A stretch of 64,000 nt of DNA from Candidatus Eiseniibacteriota bacterium (GTDB lineage: Bacteria; Orphanbacterota; Orphanbacteria; Orphanbacterales; Orphanbacteraceae): assembly GCA_043809585.1 (NCBI GenBank), contig JBDROZ010000070.1:79122-143121 (forward strand). Direction: 5' to 3'. The position numbers were made by a program, and so were the translations under genes. Below the pieces are notes generated by a model that was given only the letters and a program-made list of their open reading frames with translations, ran no database searches and was not told the origin of the DNA. This document shows positions 10,521-22,893 of the stretch, one piece after another; the first letter of the stretch is position 1; each line of letters begins with the position of its first letter.

Positions 10521-10902
10521 GATCGCACGGGCAGGTCCTGTCCGGGGCGTGGGTGGGGGGATGGCGGCTCAGACAAGCCGTCCGCGCCTACTCGATCTGA
10601 TGGTGGCCGGCTTGGAACTCACCGGCGCTCCCGGCAACTCGCCGCTTCATCCCCCCGCCCAACACCCCGGCCACCCGCCCGTGGCGGTAGCCAGGGACAG
10701 TCGCCGGCTTGTTTTTCATGGCGGGACGGGGGATCGGTATCGGGAGGGGCCGGGGCATATCCGGGGAGCTCATGGAAGATCTGCGCACCGCAGATTGCGC
10801 GCGCCCGGAGAATGGGAGGATTTGTTCTCGCAGCACGACGAGCGTCCCAGCCTACCCCGGTCCCCTCCCTCCCCCGACCCCCCGCCCCGCCGGAATCATG
10901 CC

Positions 10903-10920
10903 CCCCGTTCGTCCTGAGTG
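10903..10920. repeat. Second (truncated) copy of the REP-like repeat
   Basis: Exact 18-bp match to 10438-10455. Confidence 0.6.
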
Positions 10921-10996
10921 GCGGGAAATACGGTACCCGATACCCTATTACCACCCTTGTCTGGTACCCTGATACAGGCCTGCCGGAGGGACGACG

Positions 10997-11875
10997 ATGA
11001 CAGAGAACGAAGAGCGACAAAAGCGGAAGGCTTCCGACTTCCTCGCGCTTCACCATGCCCCGGAGGTCCTGATCCTTCCCAACGTGTGGGACGTGGTGAG
11101 CGCGAAGATCTTCGAGCTCGAAAGATGCCGGGCGATCGGCACGACGAGCGCGGGGATCGCGGCGACGCTCGGCTATGCGGACGGCCAGAGAATGAGCCTG
11201 GCCGAGAACCTGGAGGTCGTTCGCCGGATCGCGACCCACACCGCACTTCCCGTGAGCGCCGATATCGAGGCCGCCTATGACTCGTCCGTCGAGGGCGCCG
11301 CGAAGGCGGCCCGCGCCGCTTGGGACGCGGGAGCCGTCGGGGTGAATCTCGAGGACGGTTCGGAGGATCCGGCGGCCCCACTCTTCGACACGATTCTCCA
11401 ACAAGAGCGAATCCGGGCCATGCGGAACTCGGGGGCCGCCGACGGGGTCCATCTCGTGATCAACGCGAGAACGGACGCGTTCATGGTGATCGAGGACCCC
11501 TCGAAGGGGCTCCGCCAATCGATCGATCGGGGAAACACCTACATGGAGGCGGGCGCCGACTGTGTGTTCGTCCCGGACCTGGGCAACCTCGACAAGAAGG
11601 CCATCGCCCTTCTCGTGACAGAGATCGCCGGCCCGGTCAACATCATCGCAGGGGCGACGACGCCATCCATCGCTGAGCTCCAGGATCTGGGAGTCGCGCG
11701 GGTCAGCGTCGGCCCGAGACCGATGAGGGCGGTCCTAAGCCGCCTGAAGGAGATCGCGCGGGAACTGTTGAGCGAGGGAACCTACCGGCGGATGTCGGAT
11801 TCGACCATCTCCTATTCCGAAGTCAACCGGTGGTTCGATGAACGGCCGGGCCGTCCGCAGGGAGGTTCGCAGTAA
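10997..11875 (+). CDS. Isocitrate lyase/PEP mutase family protein
   Basis: LPNVWDVVSA, TTSAGIAATLGYADG, PVSADIE, GAVGVNLED, INARTD, AGADCVFVP, LGVARVSVG. Confidence 0.92.
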   Translation: MTENEERQKRKASDFLALHHAPEVLILPNVWDVVSAKIFELERCRAIGTTSAGIAATLGYADGQRMSLAENLEVVRRIATHTALPVSADIEAAYDSSVEGAAKAARAAWDAGAVGVNLEDGSEDPAAPLFDTILQQERIRAMRNSGAADGVHLVINARTDAFMVIEDPSKGLRQSIDRGNTYMEAGADCVFVPDLGNLDKKAIALLVTEIAGPVNIIAGATTPSIAELQDLGVARVSVGPRPMRAVLSRLKEIARELLSEGTYRRMSDSTISYSEVNRWFDERPGRPQGGSQ

Positions 11876-11970
11876 GCGGGACCGGGACTCGATGATCCGG
11901 CTCGCGACGATCAGAATGGAGAACTGACCTCCCGCTCATCGACCGGAGTGAGGAGCGCCGACCCAGGAGG

Positions 11971-12492
11971 ATGACCGGAATGAGAATCGTGATGCTCGTG
12001 CTTGTGATCGCCTCGGTGATGTTCGTATCGGCCGGGGCGGAGCCGCCGGGGTTTCGGGACGATCTGCTGGATCGGCTGGCGGGGGCGTGGGTCATGACGG
12101 GAATGATCGCGGGAGAGGAGACGACCCACGACGTCGTCGCCGAGTGGGTGCTCGGCCATTACTATCTCCGCCTTTCCGACATTTCGCGGGAAAAGGACGA
12201 GCAGGGTGCTCCGGAGTACGAGGCGATCGTCATCATCGGATGGGACGAGCCGTCGAACCGGTATGCCTGCCTCTGGCTCGACTGCACGGGTGGGGGGGGG
12301 CTTGGAGGTCCGATCGGCTACGGCGCGCGGAGCGACGACGAGATTCCTTTCGTATTCGACGACGGCACGGGAAGCGTCATCCGTAACACCTTTCGATACG
12401 TGCGGGACGAGGATGCCTGGACTTGGCTCATCGACGTCGAAAGAGAGAGCGGACGAACGTCGTTCGCGCGGGTGACCCTGACGAGACCGTGA
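11971..12492 (+). CDS. Secreted hypothetical protein (DUF1579-like beta protein)
   Basis: Signal peptide; LLDRLAGAWVMTG, EWVLGHYYLRL, YEAIVIIGWD. Confidence 0.7.
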   Translation: MTGMRIVMLVLVIASVMFVSAGAEPPGFRDDLLDRLAGAWVMTGMIAGEETTHDVVAEWVLGHYYLRLSDISREKDEQGAPEYEAIVIIGWDEPSNRYACLWLDCTGGGGLGGPIGYGARSDDEIPFVFDDGTGSVIRNTFRYVRDEDAWTWLIDVERESGRTSFARVTLTRP

Positions 12493-12535
12493 CCCCGGGC
12501 GCCTGGAAGGAGATCGACCCACGGCCATACGCGTA

Positions 12536-12712
12536 GAACTCGTTTCAAAACCCCTTCCTGCTGCTGGCGGCTGCAGGGACGACCGGCTTCGTCCTCGGGC
12601 GAAAATGTCCTGGGCGGCCCGTCCATGGCCGCTTCCGGGCATTCTCGCCCTCGATCCTCGCTTTCCGGCCCTTCGCTCGCCCTCGCGACGAAAGGGGTTT
12701 TGAAGTGAGTTC
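12536..12712. mobile_element. MITE-like non-autonomous element (~177 bp) with 21-bp terminal inverted repeats
   Basis: GAACTCGTTTCAAAACCCCTT (12536-12556) vs AAGGGGTTTTGAAGTGAGTTC (12692-12712), 19/21 complementary; internal long hairpin ~12597-12650; no transposase. Confidence 0.7.
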
Positions 12713-12835
12713 CAATCTTCCCCCAATCTTCTCTGGCTATTTCCCAATTCTACGGCGTGCCGAAAGCCCGCTCGTTTCTTATCTTTAAGGAACGAGACCC
12801 CCCAAAAAAGCCCGCACCCGAGAAAGTGGAAACCG

Positions 12836-15061
<2,226 letters not shown>

Positions 15062-15301
15062 AGATCCCGCTCCGGGGGGAAAGAGCCTCCTCCCGCCCTT
15101 GCGTCGCCACGAAGCCGAATCGCCTCCCACCGCACGCCTCGAAGCCGGGGAACTCCGCCTGCGCCCCGAAGTACCCGGAAGAGATTCGGACTTTTCCTGT
15201 GAAGATGTTTCTGGTATACTGTTTATCAATTCACCTCTTGCCATACATTGATCGAGAAGATCCCCGGTGGAGTTCACAATATCCATCGCAAGGAGAAGAA
15301 G

Positions 15302-18300
15302 ATGCGATCCCCCCGTGTTCTTCTGCTCGTCCTGATTTTCGCGATCACTAATAACGCCTTTGCTCAACCCAACGGTTTTCTCCGGAACGAAGGACAGCTC
15401 GACGAGAAGGTCCTCTATTACGCCATGGGGAACCGGGGCGCCGTCTATCTGACGGCCGATGCCCTGGTGATCGACTTGAAGAAGCCGATGACCCGGCCGG
15501 CCCCGGAGCACGGGATCAAGGAGGAGTCCCGGAATCTCCCGCCGAGGGCGGGCTGCTCGGTATGGGTCCGTTTCGAGGGGGCGGATGGCTCGGGGGCGGT
15601 GGAGGCGACGGGCGAGCTTCCGGGTCTTCACCATTACATCCTGGGAAACGACCCGTCCCGCTGGCATTCGGACGTGCCCTGGTTCGAGGAGGTGGCGTAC
15701 CGGGACGTTCGGCCGGGGGTCGATCTCTTGTTCCGCCTCGAGAACGGCGGGCTTCGTTATCGTATCCGCGGGGCGGGCGGCACGGAAGAGATCCGGTTCC
15801 TGTACGAAGGCGCGGATCGTGTCGTGGCGAGCGAGGAGGGATCGGTTACGGTCGAAACGGGATTCGGCAGCCTCGCGGAGATCCGGCCGGCGGCCGCGGG
15901 GGGCGAGGGGAGAATCGTCTGGGGGAACCTGGATCTGCGGAAGACGGCCGATTCGGGAGAGCGCGACAACCCGTCCTCGATGATCTGGAGCACGTTTATC
16001 AGCAGCCCCGGAGGCGCATCCGGGGTCGTCCCCGACGCTTCCGGCAACATCGTGCTCATGGGCACCACTTTCGATGTCGGTTTTCCGACGACGCCGGGGG
16101 CCTACGACTCGACGATCGGTGGCTGGATGGACCTGTTTGTTTCGAAGATGGATCCGACGGGGAGCAGTCTGATCTGGTCGACGTTCTTGGGGGGGAGTGG
16201 GGATGAAGACATGTACGGCAGCCATCTGCTCCTTCTCACGCCGACCGGACAGGTCTACGTGGCAGGCAGCACGTTTTCCAGCGACTTCCCGATGCTCGCC
16301 AGTTCTTGGGATCCCACCTACGGAGGGGCCGGTGATGTCTTCCTCGCCCGTCTCGGCCCCTCCGGCTCTACCCTGGAGGCCTCGACCTACATCGGGAACA
16401 CGGGCGGGGAATGGCCGTATGGGATCGCACAGAACGCCGTGGGAAACATCTATGTGACCGGCACGACGAACAGCTCCCTCTATCCCGTGTACTTGGGCTA
16501 TGACATGACGTTCAACGGGGTTTGGGATGCCTTCGTGACCCGGCTCACCGGAGACCTTTCGACTCTCGTGGCCAGCACTTTTCTGGGCGGAAGCGACGAT
16601 GAAGAAGGAAGAGACATCCAGGTAGGAACGGACCAACGGGCGGTGGTGACCGGCTACACTCTCTCGACCGACTTTCCGATGACCCCCGGCGCATTTGACC
16701 CGACGCCCGGCGGCGTCTTCATGACCAAGATGAACCCGGGGGTGGGAACACTGAATTACAGCACCGGTCTCGGGCCGGGCACCGGGGAGGCGCTGGCCCT
16801 GGACGCAGCGGGGAACGCGGTCGTTACCGGCATGGCATATGATGGCTTTCCGACGACCCCCGGCGCTTATGACACGACCTTCAATGGTGGTCCTCGCGAC
16901 CTCTTCGCGGCCCGCCTGTCCGCCGATGGCTCGACCCTCCTCTGGGGGACGTTCGTGGGGGGCTCTGACAGGGAAGGGCTTTCCGACGTCGTCGTCGACG
17001 CGACTGGAACTGTGACCATGTGCGGCTACACGGAGTCGATCGATTTCCCGACCACCGAAACCGGCTACGACGCTTCGCACAACGGAAACCGTGACGCGGT
17101 CATCACCCGACTGGACGGCTCGGGGAGCAGTCTCCAAATGGAGCACGTTTCTCGGGGGCGCGAATGATGACTATGGAGAGGCCGTCGCGCTCGATCCATC
17201 CGGCGATGTCGTGGTCTGCGGCGCCACCCTTTCCCCCGATTTCCCTACGACCCCGGGTGCTTTCGACTCCACCGCTGCAACCGATAGCGCTGCGGCCTCC
17301 TATGTGACGAAGTTCCGGATTCCGGTCCCCCGGGTCTGGCACGTCCCGGCGGACGCGCCGACCATCGCGGCGGGGATCGACTCGGCGGCGTTCGGCGACA
17401 CGGTCGAGGTCGCGGCCGGTACCTACCATGAGTACAATCTCGCCCTCGAGGCGGGTGTGTATCTCCGGAGCGAGGGGCGGAGCGCCGAATCGGTGACGAT
17501 CGACGCCGGAGAACTCGGCCGGGTCATGGCCGCGTCTTACGTGGACGAGACTTGCGTGGTCGACGGGTTCACCCTGACGGCCGGCTATCCAACCTCCCAC
17601 GGCGGGGGGCTTTACATTCAGTACGCGTCGCCGGTCTTCCGGAACTGCGCGATCGTGGGGAACGCGGCGGGCACGCCGGGTTCGGGGCATGACGGGGGCG
17701 GCGCTTACGTTCGAGAGGGCTCCCCTCTGTTCGAGGATTGCGAGTTCGTTGGGAACGACGCGGACGGCTTCGGCGGCGCCGTATTCTGCAAGTACGCCGG
17801 GACCGCCCGGTTCGTGAGGTGCATCTTCCGGGAGAACACGACGAGCACCGGCGGGGGGGGTGTGTACTGCAACACCTCGGCCGACGCCCAGTTCGAGTCA
17901 TGTACGTTTCATGGAAACGGAGGCGCCGACGCTGGGGGCGTCTGTGCGACCGGAACGTCGGACGTCACAGTGGAGAACACGATCATCTCCTTCAGCGCCG
18001 CCGGCGCGGGCGTCTACTGTGACGGCACATCCTCGGCGACGCTCACGTGCACGGACATTTGCGGGAACACCGGGGGCGACTGGACCGGGTGCGTCGCCTC
18101 CCAGTTCGGCGTGAACGGGAACTTCTCGGAAGATCCTCTCTTCTGCGATGCCGCGGCCGGAGAACTCACGATTGAACCGGAGTCCCCCTGCGCCCCGGAT
18201 AACTCCCCCGCGGGCTGCGGCCTGATCGGCGCGGACAGTGTCGGCTGCGAAGCGGTCATCGGCGTGGACGGGCCGGTTCCCTCGGTTCCCGCGGCGGCCT

Positions 18301-18569
18301 TCCTCGGCCCGGCGGCGCCCAATCCGTTCAATCCGACGACGACGATGAGCTTCGGGATCCCGCGGGCAGAACGAGTCCGCATCGCCGTGTACGATGTCTC
18401 GGGGCGGCTCGTCGACGTTTTGATCGACGACGTCTTCCCGGCCGGGGAGTTCTCGGCGACCTGGCAGGGGCGTAACGGCGCAGGCGAGGGAGCAACCTCG
18501 GGGATTTACTTCGCCCGGATGAGGGCCGGCGCATTCTCGGAGACGAGGAAGCTCGTTCTGATGAAATAG
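15302..18569 (+). pseudogene. Large secreted protein (SBBP beta-propeller repeats + parallel beta-helix + FlgD-Ig/T9SS-like tail) split by a +1 frameshift at ~17136-17138
   Basis: ORFs 15302..17167 and 17091..18569; removing one A from CAAATGG restores LQWSTFLGGANDDYG, matching the other WSTFLGG repeats; C-terminus APNPFNPTT...GIYF...KLVLMK. Confidence 0.85.
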
Positions 18570-18600
18570 TATCATCAGAACATGGTTGTTTTCCTCAGAC

Positions 18601-18640
18601 GGGGGAGTGAACTCTTGTTGGGTTCACTTCCCCTTTTGTT
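18601..18640 (+). terminator. Rho-independent terminator
   Basis: GGGGGAGTGAAC / GTTCACTTCCCC stem followed by TTTTGTT. Confidence 0.8.
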
Positions 18641-18750
18641 GTTCTAAGGGCCCGCCGGCGAGAGTTTCGAAAATGCTCGGGGCGGAGCGATCCGCCCCCG
18701 GGTCCGTTTTTCCACGAGGGCAAAAGCGCAACTGGTTGTAGAACACCTCG

Positions 18751-19311
18751 TTACTCTCTGTTCCTCAGATCGTTGCCGCCGGGGGCATCCGGGGGATCAG
18801 GAAATCCGTTGAGCACGATGTAGGGATACTCTTCGGTCCCGCCGGAGAGATGGCCTGCGACCGCCCCCCGCCAGTCCGGAAGATCGACCCCCATGTACAC
18901 CGCGGGCCCGATCTCGTCCAGGTTCCGCTCCGCCCTCGCCATCAGCTTCTCCACCCCGCTTTCGTTCCCCTCCCTGCGTTTGACGAGGGCGGCGGCGGTC
19001 TGGATCAGGCCCTGCAGAAAATGACCGGCCAAGGAGGCCCGCCCGAGGATCTTCCACGCCGACTCCCACGACTCGTGGGCTTCCCAGTAGAACCCGGCGT
19101 TGAAGAGGTCGACGCCGTACAGGTATTCGCGGCACTCCCGCCAATCCCGGGGAAGATGAAAGACCGCTTCCGAGGGGTCGTCTTCGCGGTGGGGGTACAT
19201 GTGCCCCCCCGGGTCGGTGACCGGATGGGGGGACGCGCCGGGCCGGTAGCGGTATGGAGGAAGAGGAATGTCGGTGTACCGCCTCGGCGGTACGGGAACC
19301 GATCGGTGCAT
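18751..19311 (-). CDS. DUF309 domain protein
   Basis: YLYGVDLFNAGFYWEAHESWE..LQGLIQTAAA; own SD GAGGAGA before ATG at 19311. Confidence 0.85.
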   Translation of the reverse strand: MHRSVPVPPRRYTDIPLPPYRYRPGASPHPVTDPGGHMYPHREDDPSEAVFHLPRDWRECREYLYGVDLFNAGFYWEAHESWESAWKILGRASLAGHFLQGLIQTAAALVKRREGNESGVEKLMARAERNLDEIGPAVYMGVDLPDWRGAVAGHLSGGTEEYPYIVLNGFPDPPDAPGGNDLRNRE

Positions 19312-19343
19312 GATCTCCTCCGGGTCGAGGCGCCGCCCGCCGC

Positions 19344-20214
19344 CTATCTCCACCCGCGTCTTTCCGATTCCACCGCGATCGCCGCGCCCACGTGGGCGCC
19401 GAAGAGGATGAGCAGGCTGGTGATGTACGTCCATGTCATCAGGGCGAGCAGGGCGCCGAGGGACCCGTACACCAGGTTGTACTTGGCGAGGCCGCTGTCG
19501 AGGTACAAGATGAACAGGGCCGTGGCGCCGTGGATGAGAAGAGAAGCGACCACCGCGCCGCCGAGCGATTCCCGCCAGCGTACCCGCACCCTCGGCACCC
19601 ACCAGTAGAGAACGACGAGGCCGAGAACGAACACGAGGGAGAAGAGCAGCCGCGACGGCGTGGAGGCGAAGGCCGGAAGGTCGAGAATCGTCCCCATGCC
19701 GGAGCGCCACTCCGCCGGGAAGCGGAGGAGGGTCTGGGCGACGATCAGCGAGGTGAGAAAGACGAGAACGAACAGCACCTGCAACACCGCGGCGAGCCGG
19801 GTCTTCACGATCCCCCCGTGAGGGGGCGTCCGGCCACGCCCGGTTCAGGTTGTGGGTGAGATTGGTGAAGACGCTGGTCGACGCCCAGAGAAGGCCGATG
19901 GCGCCGACCAGCCCGACGGTGCTCCGGGAGCCGAGGAGGGCGACCAGGTTCCCCTTGATCAGGTCCCGGGAGACGGGAAGAAAGCCGAGGGCCCTCTCGA
20001 GAATCTGTTCGTCCGACAGTTTGTGTTCCAGGGCGGTGCCGCCGAAGGCGACGAGGAGGAGAAGAAGGGGGAAGAGGGAGAAGAGGGTGAAGAAGGCCAT
20101 GGTCGCCGCGGCTTCGAGGCCCCTCGCCGAGTCGAGCCCCAGAATCGCCCTTCCCAAGATGCGGAACGGCATGAGAACGGCGTCCAGGATCTTGCTTTCC
20201 CACGTTTCGGCCAT
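19344..20214 (-). pseudogene. YihY/BrkB family membrane protein, frameshifted at G6 tract (plus 19812-19817)
   Basis: N-half AAATMAFFTLFSLFPLLL..LNRAW; C-half YNLVYGSLGALLALMTWTY..ILFGA; deleting one G gives a single ~289-aa ORF. Confidence 0.85.
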
Positions 20215-20299
20215 TGACCCTCCCCCCCGCCTTCCGGGCGACCCCCCAAGAGGATAGCAGGAAGAGGGGAGAGAGGAAACGACGCCGATGACCCGCCGG

Positions 20300-20734
20300 T
20301 CAGTCGTTTTTCGCGCCCTCCTCGATCCATTCACGGATCTTCGCGAGATCGGCGCCCGCGAGGGGCGCGCCGCCGAGGGGCATCCGGGCGTCGAACGATG
20401 GGTTGCCGAGGAGTTTCTGATAGAGGACGGACGCGTCCGGGTCTCCCGCGGTCACGCGAACCCCCGGGGGGTAATTGAAAGAGGCCACGCCGACGAGGTT
20501 CGCGTAGGCGTTCGCCCCGTCGAGGACGAGATTCCCCGAGTGGGTCTCTGAGGCATGGCAGCCGACGAAGGCGCATGACGAGGTCAAGATCGGCAAGACA
20601 TCCCCGGCGAAGGCGACGGCCGTCGTGTCGCCACCGTCGTTCCCGTCGCCGGGCGAGACGGGGTCCCCGCCGTCGGAGCAGGCGAGGAAGACGAGAAGGA
20701 AAGAGGACAGAAGAATCGTGACCGAGCGGCTCAT
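20300..20734 (-). CDS. Lipoprotein with planctomycete-type cytochrome c-like domain (CX4CH)
   Basis: Lipobox FLAC; FAGDVLPIL..SCAFVGCH..GNLVL..GDPDASVLY..RMPLGG..IREWIEEGA. Confidence 0.75.
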   Translation of the reverse strand: MSRSVTILLSSFLLVFLACSDGGDPVSPGDGNDGGDTTAVAFAGDVLPILTSSCAFVGCHASETHSGNLVLDGANAYANLVGVASFNYPPGVRVTAGDPDASVLYQKLLGNPSFDARMPLGGAPLAGADLAKIREWIEEGAKND

Positions 20735-21324
20735 TTCGTTCTTGCCTCCGGGGTCGCGACCAAACGGACGCGGACGCGCTGGGTTTCATCGAGCTTGAGG
20801 AAGAGGAACTTCGGACGGGGGATCCCGTAGTCGGACAGGATCACATCGAACCGGGCTTCGATCTCGAGGGCGCCCGCTTCCCTAGCGACGATCGTGACGG
20901 GAACGGTCATCGCCCGGGTCACGCCATGGAGGGTGAAGTCGCCGGTGACGAAGCACTCGATCCTCGACGCCGGGGGCCCCTCTCCCACCGAAAGCCCCGT
21001 GATCGAATCGGCGGCGAAGATCGCTTCGGGAAACTCCTCCGTGTGCAGGTGGTTCTCCCGCATGTGGTGGTTGCGGAGATTGATGCCGGTGTCGAGACTG
21101 GCGAGGTCCACGGCGGCCCGGATCTCCAACGTCCCGGCCGGGTCGCTCCAATCGAGGCTCACCGAGCCCCGGGCCTGATCGGTCTTTCCCTCGAACGACT
21201 CGAGGGGGGCCTCGGACCAGAAGACCACCTCGTTCCCCTTGCCCGGAGCGATGACGTACTGCACGGCGGCGGCGGGCGGGGCGAGGGTCGCGATGAGGAA
21301 CGCGAGGATGATCGTCGGGCGCAT
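20731..21324 (-). CDS. YceI family polyisoprenoid-binding protein
   Basis: Signal peptide; LDTGINLRNHHM, FPEAIF, GDFTLHGVTR, LSDYGI. Confidence 0.9.
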   Translation of the reverse strand: MRPTIILAFLIATLAPPAAAVQYVIAPGKGNEVVFWSEAPLESFEGKTDQARGSVSLDWSDPAGTLEIRAAVDLASLDTGINLRNHHMRENHLHTEEFPEAIFAADSITGLSVGEGPPASRIECFVTGDFTLHGVTRAMTVPVTIVAREAGALEIEARFDVILSDYGIPRPKFLFLKLDETQRVRVRLVATPEARTK

Positions 21325-21338
21325 GGTGTGCCTCCGAA

Positions 21339-22448
21339 TCAGTAGAGAAAGTGGAGGACGAGATTCGCCTGCACGCGATCATCCCCGGTGACGTCGATTC
21401 CCTCGTCGTAGTCGTGGAAGTTCACCATGGCGAGCACGCCGAGGTACGGGTAGGGAAGCGTGTCGATGCCGATGCCGGCCCGGGTGCGGGCGCCGGTCTC
21501 TCGGTCCCGGTCGGGATCGTAAAAATCGTACGTGGCCCGGAGGTCGACCCCGCGGATGATCCGCCGGGTGAATTCGTGGGACGTGACGAACGCCGTAGCG
21601 CCGCCGGGGCCGGCCTCCCGTTTCCAGTCCCACTCGCCGACCCAAGTCCAGGAGCCCCAGGAGGCGTATCCAAAGGGGCCCGCGGCCCAAGGCTCGAACT
21701 CCTCTTCGTCCACGGCGAGCCCGGACAGGCCGCCGGCGATGTTCACCGGACCGAGACGGCGCCGGATCTCGGTGCGGGCGAAGTAGGCCCGGACACCGTC
21801 CACGTCGCGGACGAGTCCCGGCGCGCCGTTCATCACGGCGAGGTTCAGGCTCCCGTCGCCGGGGAAGAAGCCGAGTTCGATCCCCACGTCGCTGTGGGCG
21901 GGCGGGTCGAAGAAACCGATCTCCCGGCGGGTGAACATGGTGTGGTCGGCGAAACGCCATCCGTAGGCCGGCGTGAATCGCCCCGCCTTGAAATAGCCGT
22001 TCGCCGGTAGCACGTAGCCGGTGCCGAACATCTCGTAGGTCCCCGACATGCCCCTGTCGAAGTAGGCGGAAAAGCGGCGGTCGAGCTGGAAGTGAAGGTA
22101 GACGTCCCCCTGCATCTGGAAGAAATTGTTCTCTTCTTTTTGTTCGTCGCCGTAGACGGCCAGGGTGCGGAGGTCGGCGCCGATGGTCACGTCCCGGGAG
22201 ATCCCGGGATCGGGAAGCTCGAGGGATTCGTCGCCGTAAGGGCGCGCGGCGATTTCGTTCGGAACGAGAAACTGACTCGCGTAGAGGGAACGCATCCCGC
22301 CGCCGGTCGGGCTTTGGTGGCATAGAAGGCACTTCTGACCGTACCGGGCGGAGTACCGCGGGACGGAGCCGGCTTCCCGGGCGAGAATGAACAGGACCGC
22401 GGCGGCGAAGAACGCGGCGGAGAGCCGGAAAACAATGCGATAGACCAA
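21339..22448 (-). CDS. Outer-membrane beta-barrel with N-terminal CxxCH monoheme segment (Cyc2-like cytochrome-porin architecture)
   Basis: TTG start, signal peptide, VPRYSARYGQKCLLCHQSPTGGG, alternating aromatic beta-strands, C-terminal LHFLY. Confidence 0.75.
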   Translation of the reverse strand: MVYRIVFRLSAAFFAAAVLFILAREAGSVPRYSARYGQKCLLCHQSPTGGGMRSLYASQFLVPNEIAARPYGDESLELPDPGISRDVTIGADLRTLAVYGDEQKEENNFFQMQGDVYLHFQLDRRFSAYFDRGMSGTYEMFGTGYVLPANGYFKAGRFTPAYGWRFADHTMFTRREIGFFDPPAHSDVGIELGFFPGDGSLNLAVMNGAPGLVRDVDGVRAYFARTEIRRRLGPVNIAGGLSGLAVDEEEFEPWAAGPFGYASWGSWTWVGEWDWKREAGPGGATAFVTSHEFTRRIIRGVDLRATYDFYDPDRDRETGARTRAGIGIDTLPYPYLGVLAMVNFHDYDEGIDVTGDDRVQANLVLHFLY

Positions 22449-22659
22449 TTTTCCCTCGCTTCCGTAGATCCGCCGGGGGGGGAGGAAGTCGGGCTGTCAT
22501 CCTATGGACAGAAAATAAGAATCTTCCCGGGAAGACGCAAGGGCGGGTTGGGTGAACGAGGTCACGGATGCAGGCGGAGCATGCCCGGGGGAGTGGCGGG
22601 AGGGGTTCCCCGAATCGGCGGCGCGCCGCCGAGGGGCGGGAAGGGCTCGGGAATCCAGG

Positions 22660-22821
22660 CTAGCGCCTTTTCGACACCACCGCGGCCAGGATCAGGCCGA
22701 GGGGGCCGAGGAGGGCACAGAGGAGGAACCACCCGCAGCCCGACCGGCCTTTCATGGTGGCCATGAAGGCGCCGATGACGCCGAAAAGAATCCAAAGGGG
22801 AATGCCGATCATGAATTCCAC
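22660..22821 (-). CDS. Small membrane protein (53 aa), absent from the ORF track
   Basis: MEFMIGIPLWILFGVIGAFMATMKGRSGCGWFLLCALLGPLGLILAAVVSKRR; GTG start with SD GGGAGG; two TM segments. Confidence 0.7.
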   Translation of the reverse strand: MEFMIGIPLWILFGVIGAFMATMKGRSGCGWFLLCALLGPLGLILAAVVSKRR

Positions 22822-22893
22822 GGAACGACCCTCCCTTTTGCCGGCGGGGTGAACCCGGCGCGGTTCGACGACGATACGGGCCGAGACGGTTGT

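Noticed and set aside
18751-20334. 527-aa YihY-DUF309 fusion ORF
   Set aside because: Artefact of the G6 frameshift; DUF309 has its own SD/ATG and the YihY C-half lies in another frame
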